From: Alphaproteobacteria bacterium
GTDB lineage: Bacteria; Pseudomonadota; Alphaproteobacteria; SHVV01
Reading direction: 5' to 3'
DNA: 64,000 nucleotides
NCBI GenBank assembly: GCA_965261735.1
Contig: OZ253470.1
Span: forward strand, 4,384,001 to 4,448,000
Part shown: piece by piece, positions 18,317 to 29,024 of the stretch
Layout of the letters: every line of letters starts with the position of its first letter
Numbering within the stretch: position 1 is the stretch's first letter
Program-made: the position numbers and the translations under genes
Notes under the pieces: model-generated
Told to the model about the DNA's origin: nothing
Database searches by the model: none
Seen by the model: the letters and a program-made list of their open reading frames with translations, nothing else

Positions 18317-20782
18317 TCAGCGTGGTCGCAGGATCAACGTGCCGAGGGCATTTTCCTCTACGCGGACGCGGTCGGTGAGCATCGGCAGATAGCGGCCATC
18401 ACGCCAAGCTTCGGCGAAATCATCATAGTGGACCGAGAGCGGGTTCCCGGACTGGCCGGTGCTCTGGATGAAGACAGAGCGCTCGGGCTCGCCAAGGTCG
18501 TAGACGGCCCGATAGCCGGCGCCATGATCCTGGACGAACGGGTGGTCGGGGTTGCTCACCGTGAAGCCGCCGGCCTTCACCGTCGCCCTCTCGCCCCCGC
18601 TCGGCAGCCAGACCTCGAACCAGGAGCCGATGACGGGGATCTCTCCCAGAACCCGGTGCTTCATCCACACGGCATGGGCCTCGCCCCACCGCCATTCCGC
18701 CAAATCGGTGCCGTAGTGGCGCGCGAGGTTCGCAATCGCGTCGCTGAGCGCGGCGGCAGCAGCGGTGGCGCAACTCTCCCGCTCATCGGTGGTCGCCACG
18801 TCGCACCAGTCGGTCCTCTTGGTGAGCACGCGGTGCATCACCTCGGTACGGATCTCCCAATAGTCCTCGAATGCCTCGCCGAGCTCGTCCGCGAACAGTT
18901 CGCGCATCAGTTCCCTGAGCCACGCCATGTAGATCAACGGCTCGGGACGGTCCCGGCCCATTCGGTGATCCCACGCGGCAAGCAGATCCAAGGCCTGGCT
19001 CGTGGCGTCGTCCGAGGGCGCCGTCAGCTCAAGGAGCACGGGCAGGAGGCGTGCCGCGGCGAGAGAGACCACATCCTGCTGGATGGCGGTAAAGCTCTCG
19101 ACGCCGTGCGCCGGGCGGGCATCGAGCAGGGCTTCGATCCGCCGGGCGCGATAGGGAGGCGTCCAGTCGTCGGTCAGATAGAACGGATAGTCAAGCCCAA
19201 CCAGCCTGTCGTTGGCGGCGACGATGCGGCCCTCGTCAGGATTGTCGGCGCGCGGCAAAGCCTCGAAAGGAATGCGATCCACCCAGTCGTGGGTCCCGGT
19301 CCAGCCCGGCGCGGGCATGTGTCCCTGGCCGGAGGCGCGGATCGGGATCCGCCCGGGCGCGACGTAGCCGATGTTCCCGGACCGGTCTGCGAATACGATG
19401 GTCTGCTGGGGCACGGCCATGTCGCGGAGTGCCGTGACGAAAGCGTCCCGATCCGCGGCGGCGACGGCACGCACCAGCGCCTCGGCGGTTCGGTCGTCAT
19501 CGTCGAGGGCGGTCCAGGAAAAGGCCAGGGTGTGGCCAGCCTCGAGAAACGACCCGCTGTCCTCGATCACGTCGGAGACGACCGGCCCGTGGCGGGTCTC
19601 GCGCACCGTGATCTCCACGGCTTCGGCCCCTGCGACACGGATCGTCTCGGTCCGAACCTCGAAGGGCAGACTGCCGTCGGGCGTCAAATAGCGAGCAGGG
19701 TCGTGCGGGTCGATGCGCTCGATGAACAGGTCCTGGACATCGGGTCCGGTGTTGGTGAAACCCCACGCGAAGTTCCGTGTGCGGCCGAGCACCGGGAAAG
19801 GCAACCCGGGCAGGGTGCCGCCCACGGCCTCGAACTCGGGGGTGCTGATATGGGCAAGATACCAGAGGCTGGGCATCTCGAGCCTCAGATGCGGATCGTT
19901 GGCGAGAAGCGGCTTGCCTGATTCGGTGTGGGCGCCGGAGAGAACCCAGCTGTTGGAGCCGAGCCCGGACACCCTCTGTTTTGGCACGGCCGCGGCGATC
20001 GCCTCGAAGTCGATATCGGCGGGGTCGAAGGATGGCCAACGCGCGGCCGGGGGCGGCGAGGCATCTCCCGGGTAGGGAGCCCAGAGATCCCGCAGCTGGT
20101 CCGGGTCAAGGCGACTGGCGAGCCTGGCACGAAGGAGTTCGTCCTCGAAATTATCGCCGAGGTCCCACGCCATCATCTTGAGCCAGACCAGGCTGTCGGC
20201 GGGCTGCCACGGTTCGGGCTCGTGCCCGAGCACCACGAACTCCAACGGAAGCAACCCGGATCGGGTCTCCAGATAGGCGTTCACACCGGCGGCATAGGCA
20301 TGGTAGATCGCCCGCGTCTCGGGCGAAAGCATCGAGAAGTTGCGCTCGGCGACCCGATAGACGCCCAGCGTCCGGAGGAACCGGTCCGTATTGAGGGAAC
20401 GGTCGCCGAAGATCTCGGAGAGCCGCGCCGCACCGACCCTACGCTGCATTTCCATCTGCCAGAGCCGATCCTGTGCGTGGACGAAGCCCATCGCGAAGGC
20501 GCCGTCCCGCGGCGACTGTGCATAGATGTGCGGGATTGCATGGGTATCGCGGACAATCTCCACGGGAGCGTCGAGCCCGGTCACGCTTTGGGTGCCGTCA
20601 TAAGAAGGCAGTGACAGCCACGAACAGGCGCCGAGGACGACCAGAAGCGCGAATATCGGAAGGGCACCGAGGCCCGCGCGGAGCCGCGGGAGCCGAAAGC
20701 CCCGCCGGATTTCCCTTCCGCCGGCTGTCCCACCAGGGGCGGAAGCGACGGGCAACGAAGGGCCGTGAGGTGGTGTTGTCAC
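18317..20782 (-). CDS. Penicillin acylase family (S45) Ntn hydrolase
   Basis: GFVHAQDRLWQM, GSNSW nucleophile, LANDPHL and GQSGNPLSVHY; N-terminal hydrophobic segment. Confidence 0.93.
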   Translation of the reverse strand: MTTPPHGPSLPVASAPGGTAGGREIRRGFRLPRLRAGLGALPIFALLVVLGACSWLSLPSYDGTQSVTGLDAPVEIVRDTHAIPHIYAQSPRDGAFAMGFVHAQDRLWQMEMQRRVGAARLSEIFGDRSLNTDRFLRTLGVYRVAERNFSMLSPETRAIYHAYAAGVNAYLETRSGLLPLEFVVLGHEPEPWQPADSLVWLKMMAWDLGDNFEDELLRARLASRLDPDQLRDLWAPYPGDASPPPAARWPSFDPADIDFEAIAAAVPKQRVSGLGSNSWVLSGAHTESGKPLLANDPHLRLEMPSLWYLAHISTPEFEAVGGTLPGLPFPVLGRTRNFAWGFTNTGPDVQDLFIERIDPHDPARYLTPDGSLPFEVRTETIRVAGAEAVEITVRETRHGPVVSDVIEDSGSFLEAGHTLAFSWTALDDDDRTAEALVRAVAAADRDAFVTALRDMAVPQQTIVFADRSGNIGYVAPGRIPIRASGQGHMPAPGWTGTHDWVDRIPFEALPRADNPDEGRIVAANDRLVGLDYPFYLTDDWTPPYRARRIEALLDARPAHGVESFTAIQQDVVSLAAARLLPVLLELTAPSDDATSQALDLLAAWDHRMGRDRPEPLIYMAWLRELMRELFADELGEAFEDYWEIRTEVMHRVLTKRTDWCDVATTDERESCATAAAAALSDAIANLARHYGTDLAEWRWGEAHAVWMKHRVLGEIPVIGSWFEVWLPSGGERATVKAGGFTVSNPDHPFVQDHGAGYRAVYDLGEPERSVFIQSTGQSGNPLSVHYDDFAEAWRDGRYLPMLTDRVRVEENALGTLILRPR

Positions 20783-20948
20783 GTTATTGAACGGTCGTGC
20801 CGCGAATTGGCATAGAACTCAAGCTCAAGCGGCAGCGGTGGCAGTTTGCCACAGGCCCATTGCCTGGTTGCGAAACTGGCGCAATGATTTTCGGGAAATC
20901 AGATGGCGTTGGACGTTGAAGGTGTTGTAGACGGTTGTCCCTTCTATT

Positions 20949-22318
20949 TATCTGGGATTCCCCATGTTGGAACCGATCCACGCGGGAAAGCGTGCCAAAA
21001 TCGTTCCGGATTGGCAAGCCGCTTGCTGCTGACGGTCGGCGTTGGCCACGTGCGCGATAGAGGGGGCTGGGGGCCCTGGCGGCGTCCGATATTGGGTTCG
21101 ACACGACATTCGAGACGCACCGGTCCCGTGATCGGCCAGCGGTGATCGGTCTGCCGACGGTCATGCCGGACTTGGATTCGGTCTGAGCCGGTCGATGCGG
21201 CGCAGGATATCGGCGAACAGGTCACGGGGGATGGCGACCTCGGCCATCTGGAACGTGACGTAGCGCCCGTGGCGGACGATCTTCGCGCCGATCTTGATGA
21301 GCTTCTCCCGCAGGCTGGTCAGTGACCACTGTTCCACGGCATCGGGCAACGCCAGGGTGCGCATGAAATTACCGAGGTTGTAGGCCAGCGCGTGAAGCTG
21401 CAGCCGGACGGCGTTGTGGTCGAACCTGCGGCACGACAGCCGGGTCCACTTGATGGCGTTCTTGCCTTCCTTGATGTGCTGTTCCGCCGTGCCGCGCTGA
21501 TTGTAAAAGGCGACGACGCGCTCAGCACGGCGCGAGAGGTTGGTCACGATAAAGCCGACGCGCGGGTACAGCTCACCTGGATGCCACTCGACCTTGGCGA
21601 CGACCCGACGGGGCTTCGTCCAAGTGGCAGCCCGATAGCTGAAGCTGGCGTAATACCGGCGCACGTCCTTGGGCGGTCTGCCGACGGGACGCTTGAGCAG
21701 ATGGCCGATGCTGTCCTGGAGCACTCTGTTAGCCGGCAGGCGGATCGCGTACCTGAAGCCTTCGGCTTCGAGGAACTCGTAAATCCCGGGCAATGCAAAC
21801 GCAGCATCTCCTCGGAAGTAGCGCCGAAGCAGCCTGTCTCGATAACGAGCGACAACCGGCTCGAGCACGTCGCGCCATTCGTGGGCGCTGTGCACGTTGC
21901 CGGGGCGAAGCGCGCAGCGCTCCAGATCGCCAAACTGGTTGAACACGAACAGCGGATGATAGCAGGTGCAGCCGAAATGGCCGTTGTAGGCCGTGCCTTC
22001 CTGCTCGCCATGGGTCGGGCTAACGGAGCTGTCCATGTCGAGCACGATGATCTTCAGCCGGTTCCGTGCATGCACTCGGTCGATCCAGACTCCCGGAAGA
22101 GCGGTGAGCGCGGCGAGGTTGTCGTCGATTGTCAGCAACTCAGTCTCGAACCGGCCCATCTGGCTGGTCGATGCGCCGCCGCGCTCGACAGCCTTGCCGC
22201 CGACGACCCACCGCATCGCGGGATCGCGCCCGAGCCGGTCGGCGTCGTTCACATCCTCGTATCCGGCGAGCCGTCCAAAGACGGATTGGCGAAGCAGACC
22301 GACGACACCGTGCCAACC
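20949..22318 (-). mobile_element. IS1380-family element, 5-prime truncated; transposase 21161 to about 22317
   Basis: LDMDSS, FRGDAAF, YNQRGTAEQHIKEGK; start removed by the IS3 insertion. Confidence 0.85.
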
Positions 22319-22735
22319 TGAGGTGGCCCCGGAAAATCGGGCAGGTGTTTAAGGTGTATTCCCCCGACTGAGGAGGGATACGCGATGAGTAAGAGACGCA
22401 GGTTTTCCGGGGAGCTGAAGGCGAAGATCGCGCTTGAGGCGCTTCGTGGCGACCGGACGCTTCAGGAGATCGCCTCGAAGCACCAGGTTCATCCGAACCA
22501 AGTGAGCACATGGAAGCGCCAGGCGATCGATGGTCTTGGCGAAGTGTTTTCGAACGGGGGGCGAGCGCCGCCGTCGGGACCATGAGAGCGAGATCCGTGA
22601 TCTTCACGCGAAGATCGGCGAGTTGACGGTGGAGCGGGATTTTTTGTCTCGAGGGTCCGGTCGATGAGCCGGGCCGAGAGGCGAACGATGGTGATACGCG
22701 CTCACCCGGCGCTGAGCTTGAGCCGTCAATGCCTT
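22319..22735 (+). mobile_element. IS3-family remnant (left end, frameshifted orfA, start of orfB)
   Basis: TG-start end; KAKIALEALRG...HPNQVSTWK; LHAKIGELTVERDFL in the shifted frame. Confidence 0.8.
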
Positions 22736-22736
22736 A

Positions 22737-23762
22737 CCTGCTTATCCCTGAAAGTCATCCGGCGATGAGGAGGCGATAGGGCATGGGCTGGTTTCGTGCG
22801 GCGCTATGGACGAAACGCGGGATCATTGTCTGGAGTTGATAGCGCCGGTTGTAGCGCCAGGCGAAGCTGGCGAGATAGCGTCCGGCATGGTCGGGGCCGA
22901 GCTTGCGATAAGTCCCGGTGATCGCGCTCTTGATGTTGCCGAGCGTCGTGTTCACCCATTTGAACGATGCCATGCGGGCCGCCTGGCGGCCCGACCCGGT
23001 GCGGATCGCCTGGTGGCTGCAGGCGGCTTCTTCGAGTGCGCTCCAGCAGCCCAGGCCGTCCGTCACAACCGCCGCTCCGGGGGCCAGCCAGTGCTTGGCG
23101 CCGCGCGCGATCTCGCGCTTGCGGAAGCCCTTGACCGGCGCCAGCTTCAGCTTGCGCGGGCGCCCCTCGGGACTGGTCGAGACCGCCGCCACGAAGGGCG
23201 TTTTGCCCGCCGCGCCGCGGCCCCGCTTGCCGCCGGAGCGCACCCCGCCGAGATAGGCGTCGTCCATCTCGACCCGCCCCGTAAGCGCCGTCTCCCCCTC
23301 GCGCCGCGCCATCACCGCCATGATCTTGTGCTTCACGGCCCAGGCCGTCGGCTGCTTGACCCCGAGACGGCGGCCGAGTTCCACCGACGAGATGCCGTTC
23401 TTCGCCGTCACGATCAGGTGGATGGCGGCAAACCAGACTGTCAGCGGCAGCTTGGTCGCGTGGAAGATCGTGCCCGCCGTGGGCGATGTCTGCTTCTTGC
23501 ACCGGTTGCATTGATAGAGACCCCGACCCGCCAACACGCAATGCTCCCGATGGCCGCAGCAGGGGCAGACGAAGCCGCCCGGCCAGCGCAGCCGGACCAG
23601 CGCCGCGCGGCACTGCTCCTTGGTGCCGAAGGCCTCCCGAAACGCCTCGTCGTTCAGACCACGCACGCGCGATGCAACCTTGAACCCCATAACCGTGACG
23701 CCCTCATACAGAACATATTGAGAACATACATCCCCACAGGCAGAGTGTCACGGATAAGCAGG
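22737..23762 (-). mobile_element. IS1595-family element; transposase 22755-23690
   Basis: IRs cctgcttatcc / ggataagcagg; CPCC Zn ribbon, VEMDDAY, TDG and YLASFAWRYN. Confidence 0.92.
23711..23725 (-). promoter_or_regulatory. Alphaproteobacterial LexA box upstream of the IS1595 transposase
   Basis: Exact GAAC-atattga-GAAC, 20 bp before the ATG at 23690. Confidence 0.65.
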
Positions 23763-24266
23763 AACAACGATGGTCGAAGTCTGTTCCGCATGGAACCGTG
23801 CAACGGGGGTTCGGGTAACATGGACCGGCCTCCGAGCCTTCCTGACTTGCCGCGCCGTTTTACGCGTGATAACGCCAGTTATCGAGCGCAATAACGGGGG
23901 GCTGACGATGCGCTATTCCGGGCGTGATCAACAGACGGGCGGTCGCCGGGTGGCGGCGTCCACCGCACAGTGGCTGGTGGATGGTTTGGTCCCGGCGTGG
24001 TGTCGCCGGGCATGGGCGTGGGCGCGTTGGAGCGTGGCCGGGGCCGGGCTGCCGGTCTCTCCCGAGCGAAGAGAGCGCCGGGAGTCCTCTTCAGCTTCGC
24101 CGGCGGCATCTGCCTGCCCCGGCCCGGACGGCGGTGCGGCGGGACGCGGCTTGTCCGCGCGCGCCGCGTGATGCGGACGGCCGAGGAGTGTGCCGTACCC
24201 CGGCCGAGCCAGATAGTGAATGCGACCTAGGAGCTTGCGTCGCAGAACGCTTTTGGGCACCTTCGG

Positions 24267-24314
24267 ACACCATATGTAGTGGTAAGGAAGATCTGATATA
24301 GCTATATATGGTAA
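24267..24314. promoter_or_regulatory. Tandem NrdR-box-like sites
   Basis: acaCcAtATgTaGtgg (24267) and tagCtAtATaTgGtaa (24299), 32 bp apart. Confidence 0.45.
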
Positions 24315-24373
24315 CCAATTTTTCTACGGCGCAGGCTCCTAGAGGTCAGCCTACCGTCGGCCGCCGCTAATCA

Positions 24374-27300
24374 TCACGCCGCCCTCGCAAATTGGTCGTT
24401 GACGGCCTGCTGCCAGACATGGGCGTAGACCTCATCCGCGACCGCCCCCTTTTCCTCGTTTGTGAAAGGCGGTGTTGGCAGGCTGGCGTAGTCTTGGTCG
24501 AGGATGAACATCTTGACCTCCGCCTTGGTCTGTTCCTTCTCCCAAAAGCGGTCGAGCTCAGAGAGGCGCGCCTTGATCGTATCCAAGAGGTCCCGGCTCG
24601 CCTGCTTGACTCGCTCTCTTTCGCCTGTGGCGAGATTATCCTTCTTCAACAGGTCGAACAGGGCGAGCTCGTCCTCGCTGAGCCCTTCCTCGACTGCGCG
24701 CTTCTCCTCCGCGTCCAGCTCTTCAACCAAGTCGACCAAACGCTGGAAGGTCTCCTCGATGGTGGCGCGGTCCTTCTCGCGGTTGTAGTCGGCGACGATC
24801 TCTTCGTACTTCTGCTGATAGTCCATGCGCGACGGGTTGCGCGCCAGCATCTCGGCCAGCTTCTGCTCGATGATCTCGCGGATGTCCTGGAGCGCGGTCG
24901 CCTGGTGGCGGACCTTGTTCGCGAACTCGTTACGTAGCTTTTCCATGTCGATCTGGCTGAGGTCAAAGGTCAGCCCCTCGGCCTGGTCGTCACCTGGCGT
25001 CTGCGTGCGGATCGCCTCGTTGACGATCCGGTGCAGCTCCTTGAGCAGCGCCGTCACGTCTGCGGTGTCGCGCCGCTCTGTCAGCTTCTTGTAGATCGCT
25101 TCGATGTTGTCGTGCCGCTCGGCATACGCATAAACGCTGGGCTCCATCAGAAGTGCCTTGAAGCGCGTGAACACCTGCCGTGCCAGCAGCTCGAACCGGC
25201 GCTTCGCCTCATCGCTCGAATAGACGGCCTCGACCGCGTCCTTCAGCCCCTTGATGCGGGCGAAACCGGTCGAGCCGACGAGCGTCGCCGGGTCGAACCC
25301 GAGGTCACGCAAGTGCGCCTCCGTCGCCTCGATGGCCTCGATCAGGGCCTGCACGCGCTCTTCTACCGGTTCGACAATCTCCCCGTCGCCGTCGCCGTCG
25401 CCGTCGTCGCCCAACGCATATTGCGCCAGCGCCTCGCGCAGGCTCTTCAGCATGCCGTTGTAGTCGACGATCAGGCCGAAATCCTTGCCGGGATAGACCC
25501 TGTTCGCCCGCGCGATCGCCTGCATCAGCGTGTGCGCCTTCATCGGCTTGTCGATGTAGAGAGTGGACAGGCATTCCACGTCGAAGCCCGTCATCCACAT
25601 CGCGCACACGATGGCGACACGGAAGGGATGCTCTGGATTCTTGAACGCGCTCTCTACATCGACGCGCTCCCCATCTGTGGTCTCGAAACCCCGCTTCATC
25701 ACGGCGCGATGAGGGATGATGTCGAAGCCCCATCTCGCGAAGTCTTTGACCTCGTTCTGCGCCTCGCTGATGATGATCTCGACGACGGTCTCATCCATCC
25801 AGGCAGCCTGAGCCGCCAGCTTGTCAGCCTCCTCCATAAGCTTGGCGCGGCCGATCTCGTCGCCCGCTGTCGCGGCTTCCGCTCGTTTCGCGTCTGCAGC
25901 CTCGCGGACCTCTGTCGCCTTCTCCTTCCATCTCGGTTGGATTAGCTGGAGCATCCGGGCACACGTGATCTTGTCGATGCAAACCAGCATCGACTTGCCC
26001 GACTCCCACCGGGTCGCGCAGTGTTCGACGAAATCGACGGCGATCTTGTCCAGCCGTTCGTCGGCAGTGATGACTTCGTAATCTTGGCCCAGCAGCTTCT
26101 CGAGCAGCGCCTCCTGATCGGGATTGAGTTCGGCATACGCGATCGTTGCCGCGATGATTTCGTTCAGGTCGGTGCGCGCCACGCCCAGCTTCTCGCCGCG
26201 ATTCTCGTAGACCAGCTTGACGGTCGCGCCGTCCTCCTCGGACCGCTTGAAGTCGTAGCGCGAGACGTAATCGCCGAAGATGCGTTTGGTAAGCTCATCC
26301 TGCTTGAACAGCGGCGTGCCGGTGAAGCCGATGAAAGCCGCGTTCGGCAACGCGAGCCGCATGTTGCGCGCCAGCCGCCCTGCCTGCGTGCGATGCGCCT
26401 CGTCGGAGATCACGATGATGTCGTCGCGCTCGCTGTAGGGCTGCTTCGGGTTCACGTCCTTGTTGAACTTGTGAATCAGGCTGAACACGTAGCGGCGGTT
26501 CTCCTTCAGAAGCCGCTCCAGATCGTGACCGGACGCTGCTCGTGGCGTCTTTTCGTCCGCGACGCCGCAGCCGACGAAGGTCCTGTAGATCTGGCTGCTC
26601 AGATCGTTGCGGTCGGTCATCAGCAGGAAGGTGAAGTTGCCTTCCAGTTTCCGCCGCACCTTCTGGGCGAAGAAGGCCATGGAGTATGACTTGCCGCTGC
26701 CCTGCGTGTGCCAGAACACGCCAAGCCGGCCCAGATCGGGATGCGCCCTCTCGATGATATCGACCGGCCCCTCGGGGATGAACGGCGAGGCCGCTTCGGT
26801 CAAAGCCTGTGCCGGCAGCGTCCTTGCCGAGGCGCGGGACTCGAGCGGCAGTTCGACGACGCGGTGCCTAAGGCGCTGCTCTGGCGGGAACTCCAGCTTC
26901 AGCGCCTCCTGCTTCGCCACCGATGCCACCGCCCTGTTGACTCCCAGCACCTGGTGGTTGCGCGCGATCACCTTCCGCGTCGTGCCGGGCTTGCTGTCAT
27001 CGAACAGGATGAAGTTTTCGACGATATCGAGCAGCCGGTCGTGTGCCAGCATGCCGTTCAGCAGCACTCTGGCCGCCAGGTCGCCACTGTCGGCCTCGTC
27101 GTGCCGTTTCCACTCGGCAAAGTGCTCCCACTCGCTGGTGATGGAGCCGTAGCGGGCGCGGTCGCCGTTCGAGACGATCAGGAAGGCGTTGTGATGGAAG
27201 GCTTGCGCAATGACGCTCTCGTCCATGTAGTCGGAGAGGTTGTTGTCGAAACCCTCGCGGATGTTCTTGTGGACGGCCTTCAGCTCGATGAAGACCAGCG

Positions 27301-27808
27301 GCAGCCCGTTGATGAAACAGACCAGATCAGCGCGGCGGTTGTAGTTGGGCGTGCGGATGCCGGTGAGCGTCAGCTCACGCACGGCGAGGAAGCGGTTGGA
27401 ACCCAGCGCGTTGTCGAAATCGATCACTCGGGCACGGGCGGACTTCCGGTGGCCTTGAGTATCCCGATATTCAACGGGCACGCCGCCACGGAGCAGGCGG
27501 TAGAAGTCCCGGTTGTGCTGCAACATTGAGCGGCTAACGTTGTATTCCGTCAGCGCCCTTAGCGCGTCCTCGATGGCGCTGACGGGCAGATCTGGATTGA
27601 GCCGTTCCAGCGCCGCCCTTAGGTCGCGGGTCAGCAGCGCGTCTTTGGTGTCGGAACGGCCGAGAGTGCCGTCCGGCCCGAAGATCTCCTGGTTCCAGGC
27701 ATAGACGCTGTCCCAGTCCAGCACCCGCTCCAAATGCTCGGCGAAGGTCGCCTGCACCAGCCGATCCTCGCTGTTGACGGGCGTCACCGCCATGGCGCAC
27801 ACGCGCAT
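24374..27808 (-). CDS. hsdR: Type I restriction endonuclease subunit R
   Basis: ADLVCFINGLPLVFIELK, HTQGSGKS, DEAHR, GFTGTP and QAIARANR. Confidence 0.96.
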   Translation of the reverse strand: MRVCAMAVTPVNSEDRLVQATFAEHLERVLDWDSVYAWNQEIFGPDGTLGRSDTKDALLTRDLRAALERLNPDLPVSAIEDALRALTEYNVSRSMLQHNRDFYRLLRGGVPVEYRDTQGHRKSARARVIDFDNALGSNRFLAVRELTLTGIRTPNYNRRADLVCFINGLPLVFIELKAVHKNIREGFDNNLSDYMDESVIAQAFHHNAFLIVSNGDRARYGSITSEWEHFAEWKRHDEADSGDLAARVLLNGMLAHDRLLDIVENFILFDDSKPGTTRKVIARNHQVLGVNRAVASVAKQEALKLEFPPEQRLRHRVVELPLESRASARTLPAQALTEAASPFIPEGPVDIIERAHPDLGRLGVFWHTQGSGKSYSMAFFAQKVRRKLEGNFTFLLMTDRNDLSSQIYRTFVGCGVADEKTPRAASGHDLERLLKENRRYVFSLIHKFNKDVNPKQPYSERDDIIVISDEAHRTQAGRLARNMRLALPNAAFIGFTGTPLFKQDELTKRIFGDYVSRYDFKRSEEDGATVKLVYENRGEKLGVARTDLNEIIAATIAYAELNPDQEALLEKLLGQDYEVITADERLDKIAVDFVEHCATRWESGKSMLVCIDKITCARMLQLIQPRWKEKATEVREAADAKRAEAATAGDEIGRAKLMEEADKLAAQAAWMDETVVEIIISEAQNEVKDFARWGFDIIPHRAVMKRGFETTDGERVDVESAFKNPEHPFRVAIVCAMWMTGFDVECLSTLYIDKPMKAHTLMQAIARANRVYPGKDFGLIVDYNGMLKSLREALAQYALGDDGDGDGDGEIVEPVEERVQALIEAIEATEAHLRDLGFDPATLVGSTGFARIKGLKDAVEAVYSSDEAKRRFELLARQVFTRFKALLMEPSVYAYAERHDNIEAIYKKLTERRDTADVTALLKELHRIVNEAIRTQTPGDDQAEGLTFDLSQIDMEKLRNEFANKVRHQATALQDIREIIEQKLAEMLARNPSRMDYQQKYEEIVADYNREKDRATIEETFQRLVDLVEELDAEEKRAVEEGLSEDELALFDLLKKDNLATGERERVKQASRDLLDTIKARLSELDRFWEKEQTKAEVKMFILDQDYASLPTPPFTNEEKGAVADEVYAHVWQQAVNDQFARAA

Positions 27809-27830
27809 GTGCCGGTGATCTGCGTCAGCA

Positions 27831-29024
27831 TCAGACCGCGATCTCCCCGTCCATCAGGCGCGGGAGGAGAAGGTCGCGGGCTTGGGCCAACTTCTCGTTC
27901 TGATTAGTGAGGCATAAGACTTGTTCGTCAAAGGAATTCGCTTGACATTCAAACTCCTTCAGCAGTCGTGGCGTGGGTCCAATAAGCGCTTGGCTTTCAA
28001 GCTCTTTCTTGTTTGTTGCTGCGTAGATTGATCCTGAACCGATGATGTCCTCTGCATGGAAATGGTTCTTCAACGCATAGAACAAGAAAGATTGCTGTGC
28101 AGCCCGCGAGCGGATTGCGGCAAGGCCCCTTCCCAGCACAATGTTGTTTCGGGTAATATTGATCCGCCCCACAGGAGCACGAACGCTCACAAGAATGTCG
28201 CCCGCCGCAGCGACTTTAGTCACCGCAGAAGAGTAAATTTGGTCTGTGAGGAAGCGTCGTCCGTAGCCTGTAACGCCTTGATGAAAGGGAAAGCCTTCAC
28301 CGATTTCATTGTAAAAAATTGACTTAGGGCTTTGCCCCATCACCACTTCAGCAATCTCAATCAGGGGCTTCCACCCCCACCCCTCAGGAAGGCCATCGTC
28401 GAACTTGACGTGTTCGTGACCGGGAAAGCGGAAGTGGACGAACCATTCGCGGTACAGAAGCCGCGCCGCCTCTTCCAGCAACGCAATCCGCCGCCGGTTA
28501 TTTTGGATCAAGTCATCGTAGGCAGAGAGGATATCACATATTTTTCGCTGAATAGCGACCGGGGGAGCTTCTACCCTAATTGCGTAAATGCGTTTCGGAG
28601 CTGTGTGCTTGACTTTCGTTCCTGAGGCGGTAGCTCGAATTTGTCCTCTTACCTGCGGAGTGTTGAACAGCCGATACAAATATCCTTTGTTCAGCTTGCG
28701 CTCGTCAAGATTTTGAATTAACCCGATACGCTGGTTATGTAAATAACTCCCGTCTTCAGGGATCAGGGCGCTGCTACCTAGCAAGCCCTCTCCTTGTTCC
28801 GTCATTGCAATCACTAGATCACCGGGTTGCAATACAAACTCGTCGGGCGGCTCGATGGTATAGAAGCGGTCCTTGCCAGGCCGGGAGCGGAAGCCACCCG
28901 GCTCAAAGAAATTACCTGGTGTCAAAACGATGTGTTCGCCACTGTTTCCAAAGTACCGACTCTTGAACGCCGAACCATGTTTGATTGTGAAACACTCGCC
29001 TAGAGCAATCTCCTGCCAGCTCAC
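27831..29024 (-). CDS. hsdS: Type I specificity subunit S
   Basis: Two TRDs with conserved QRKICDILSAYDDLI and LAQARDLLLPRLM helices. Confidence 0.95.
   Translation of the reverse strand: MSWQEIALGECFTIKHGSAFKSRYFGNSGEHIVLTPGNFFEPGGFRSRPGKDRFYTIEPPDEFVLQPGDLVIAMTEQGEGLLGSSALIPEDGSYLHNQRIGLIQNLDERKLNKGYLYRLFNTPQVRGQIRATASGTKVKHTAPKRIYAIRVEAPPVAIQRKICDILSAYDDLIQNNRRRIALLEEAARLLYREWFVHFRFPGHEHVKFDDGLPEGWGWKPLIEIAEVVMGQSPKSIFYNEIGEGFPFHQGVTGYGRRFLTDQIYSSAVTKVAAAGDILVSVRAPVGRINITRNNIVLGRGLAAIRSRAAQQSFLFYALKNHFHAEDIIGSGSIYAATNKKELESQALIGPTPRLLKEFECQANSFDEQVLCLTNQNEKLAQARDLLLPRLMDGEIAV

Noticed and set aside
18173-19921. Long antisense ORFs (also 13269-14498, 29804-31339, 33916-35259, 42577-43737)
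   Set aside because: Shadow frames of real high-GC genes, with no recognisable motifs of their own
23770-24260. Short overlapping ORFs downstream of hsdR
   Set aside because: No motifs; cannot choose a coding frame
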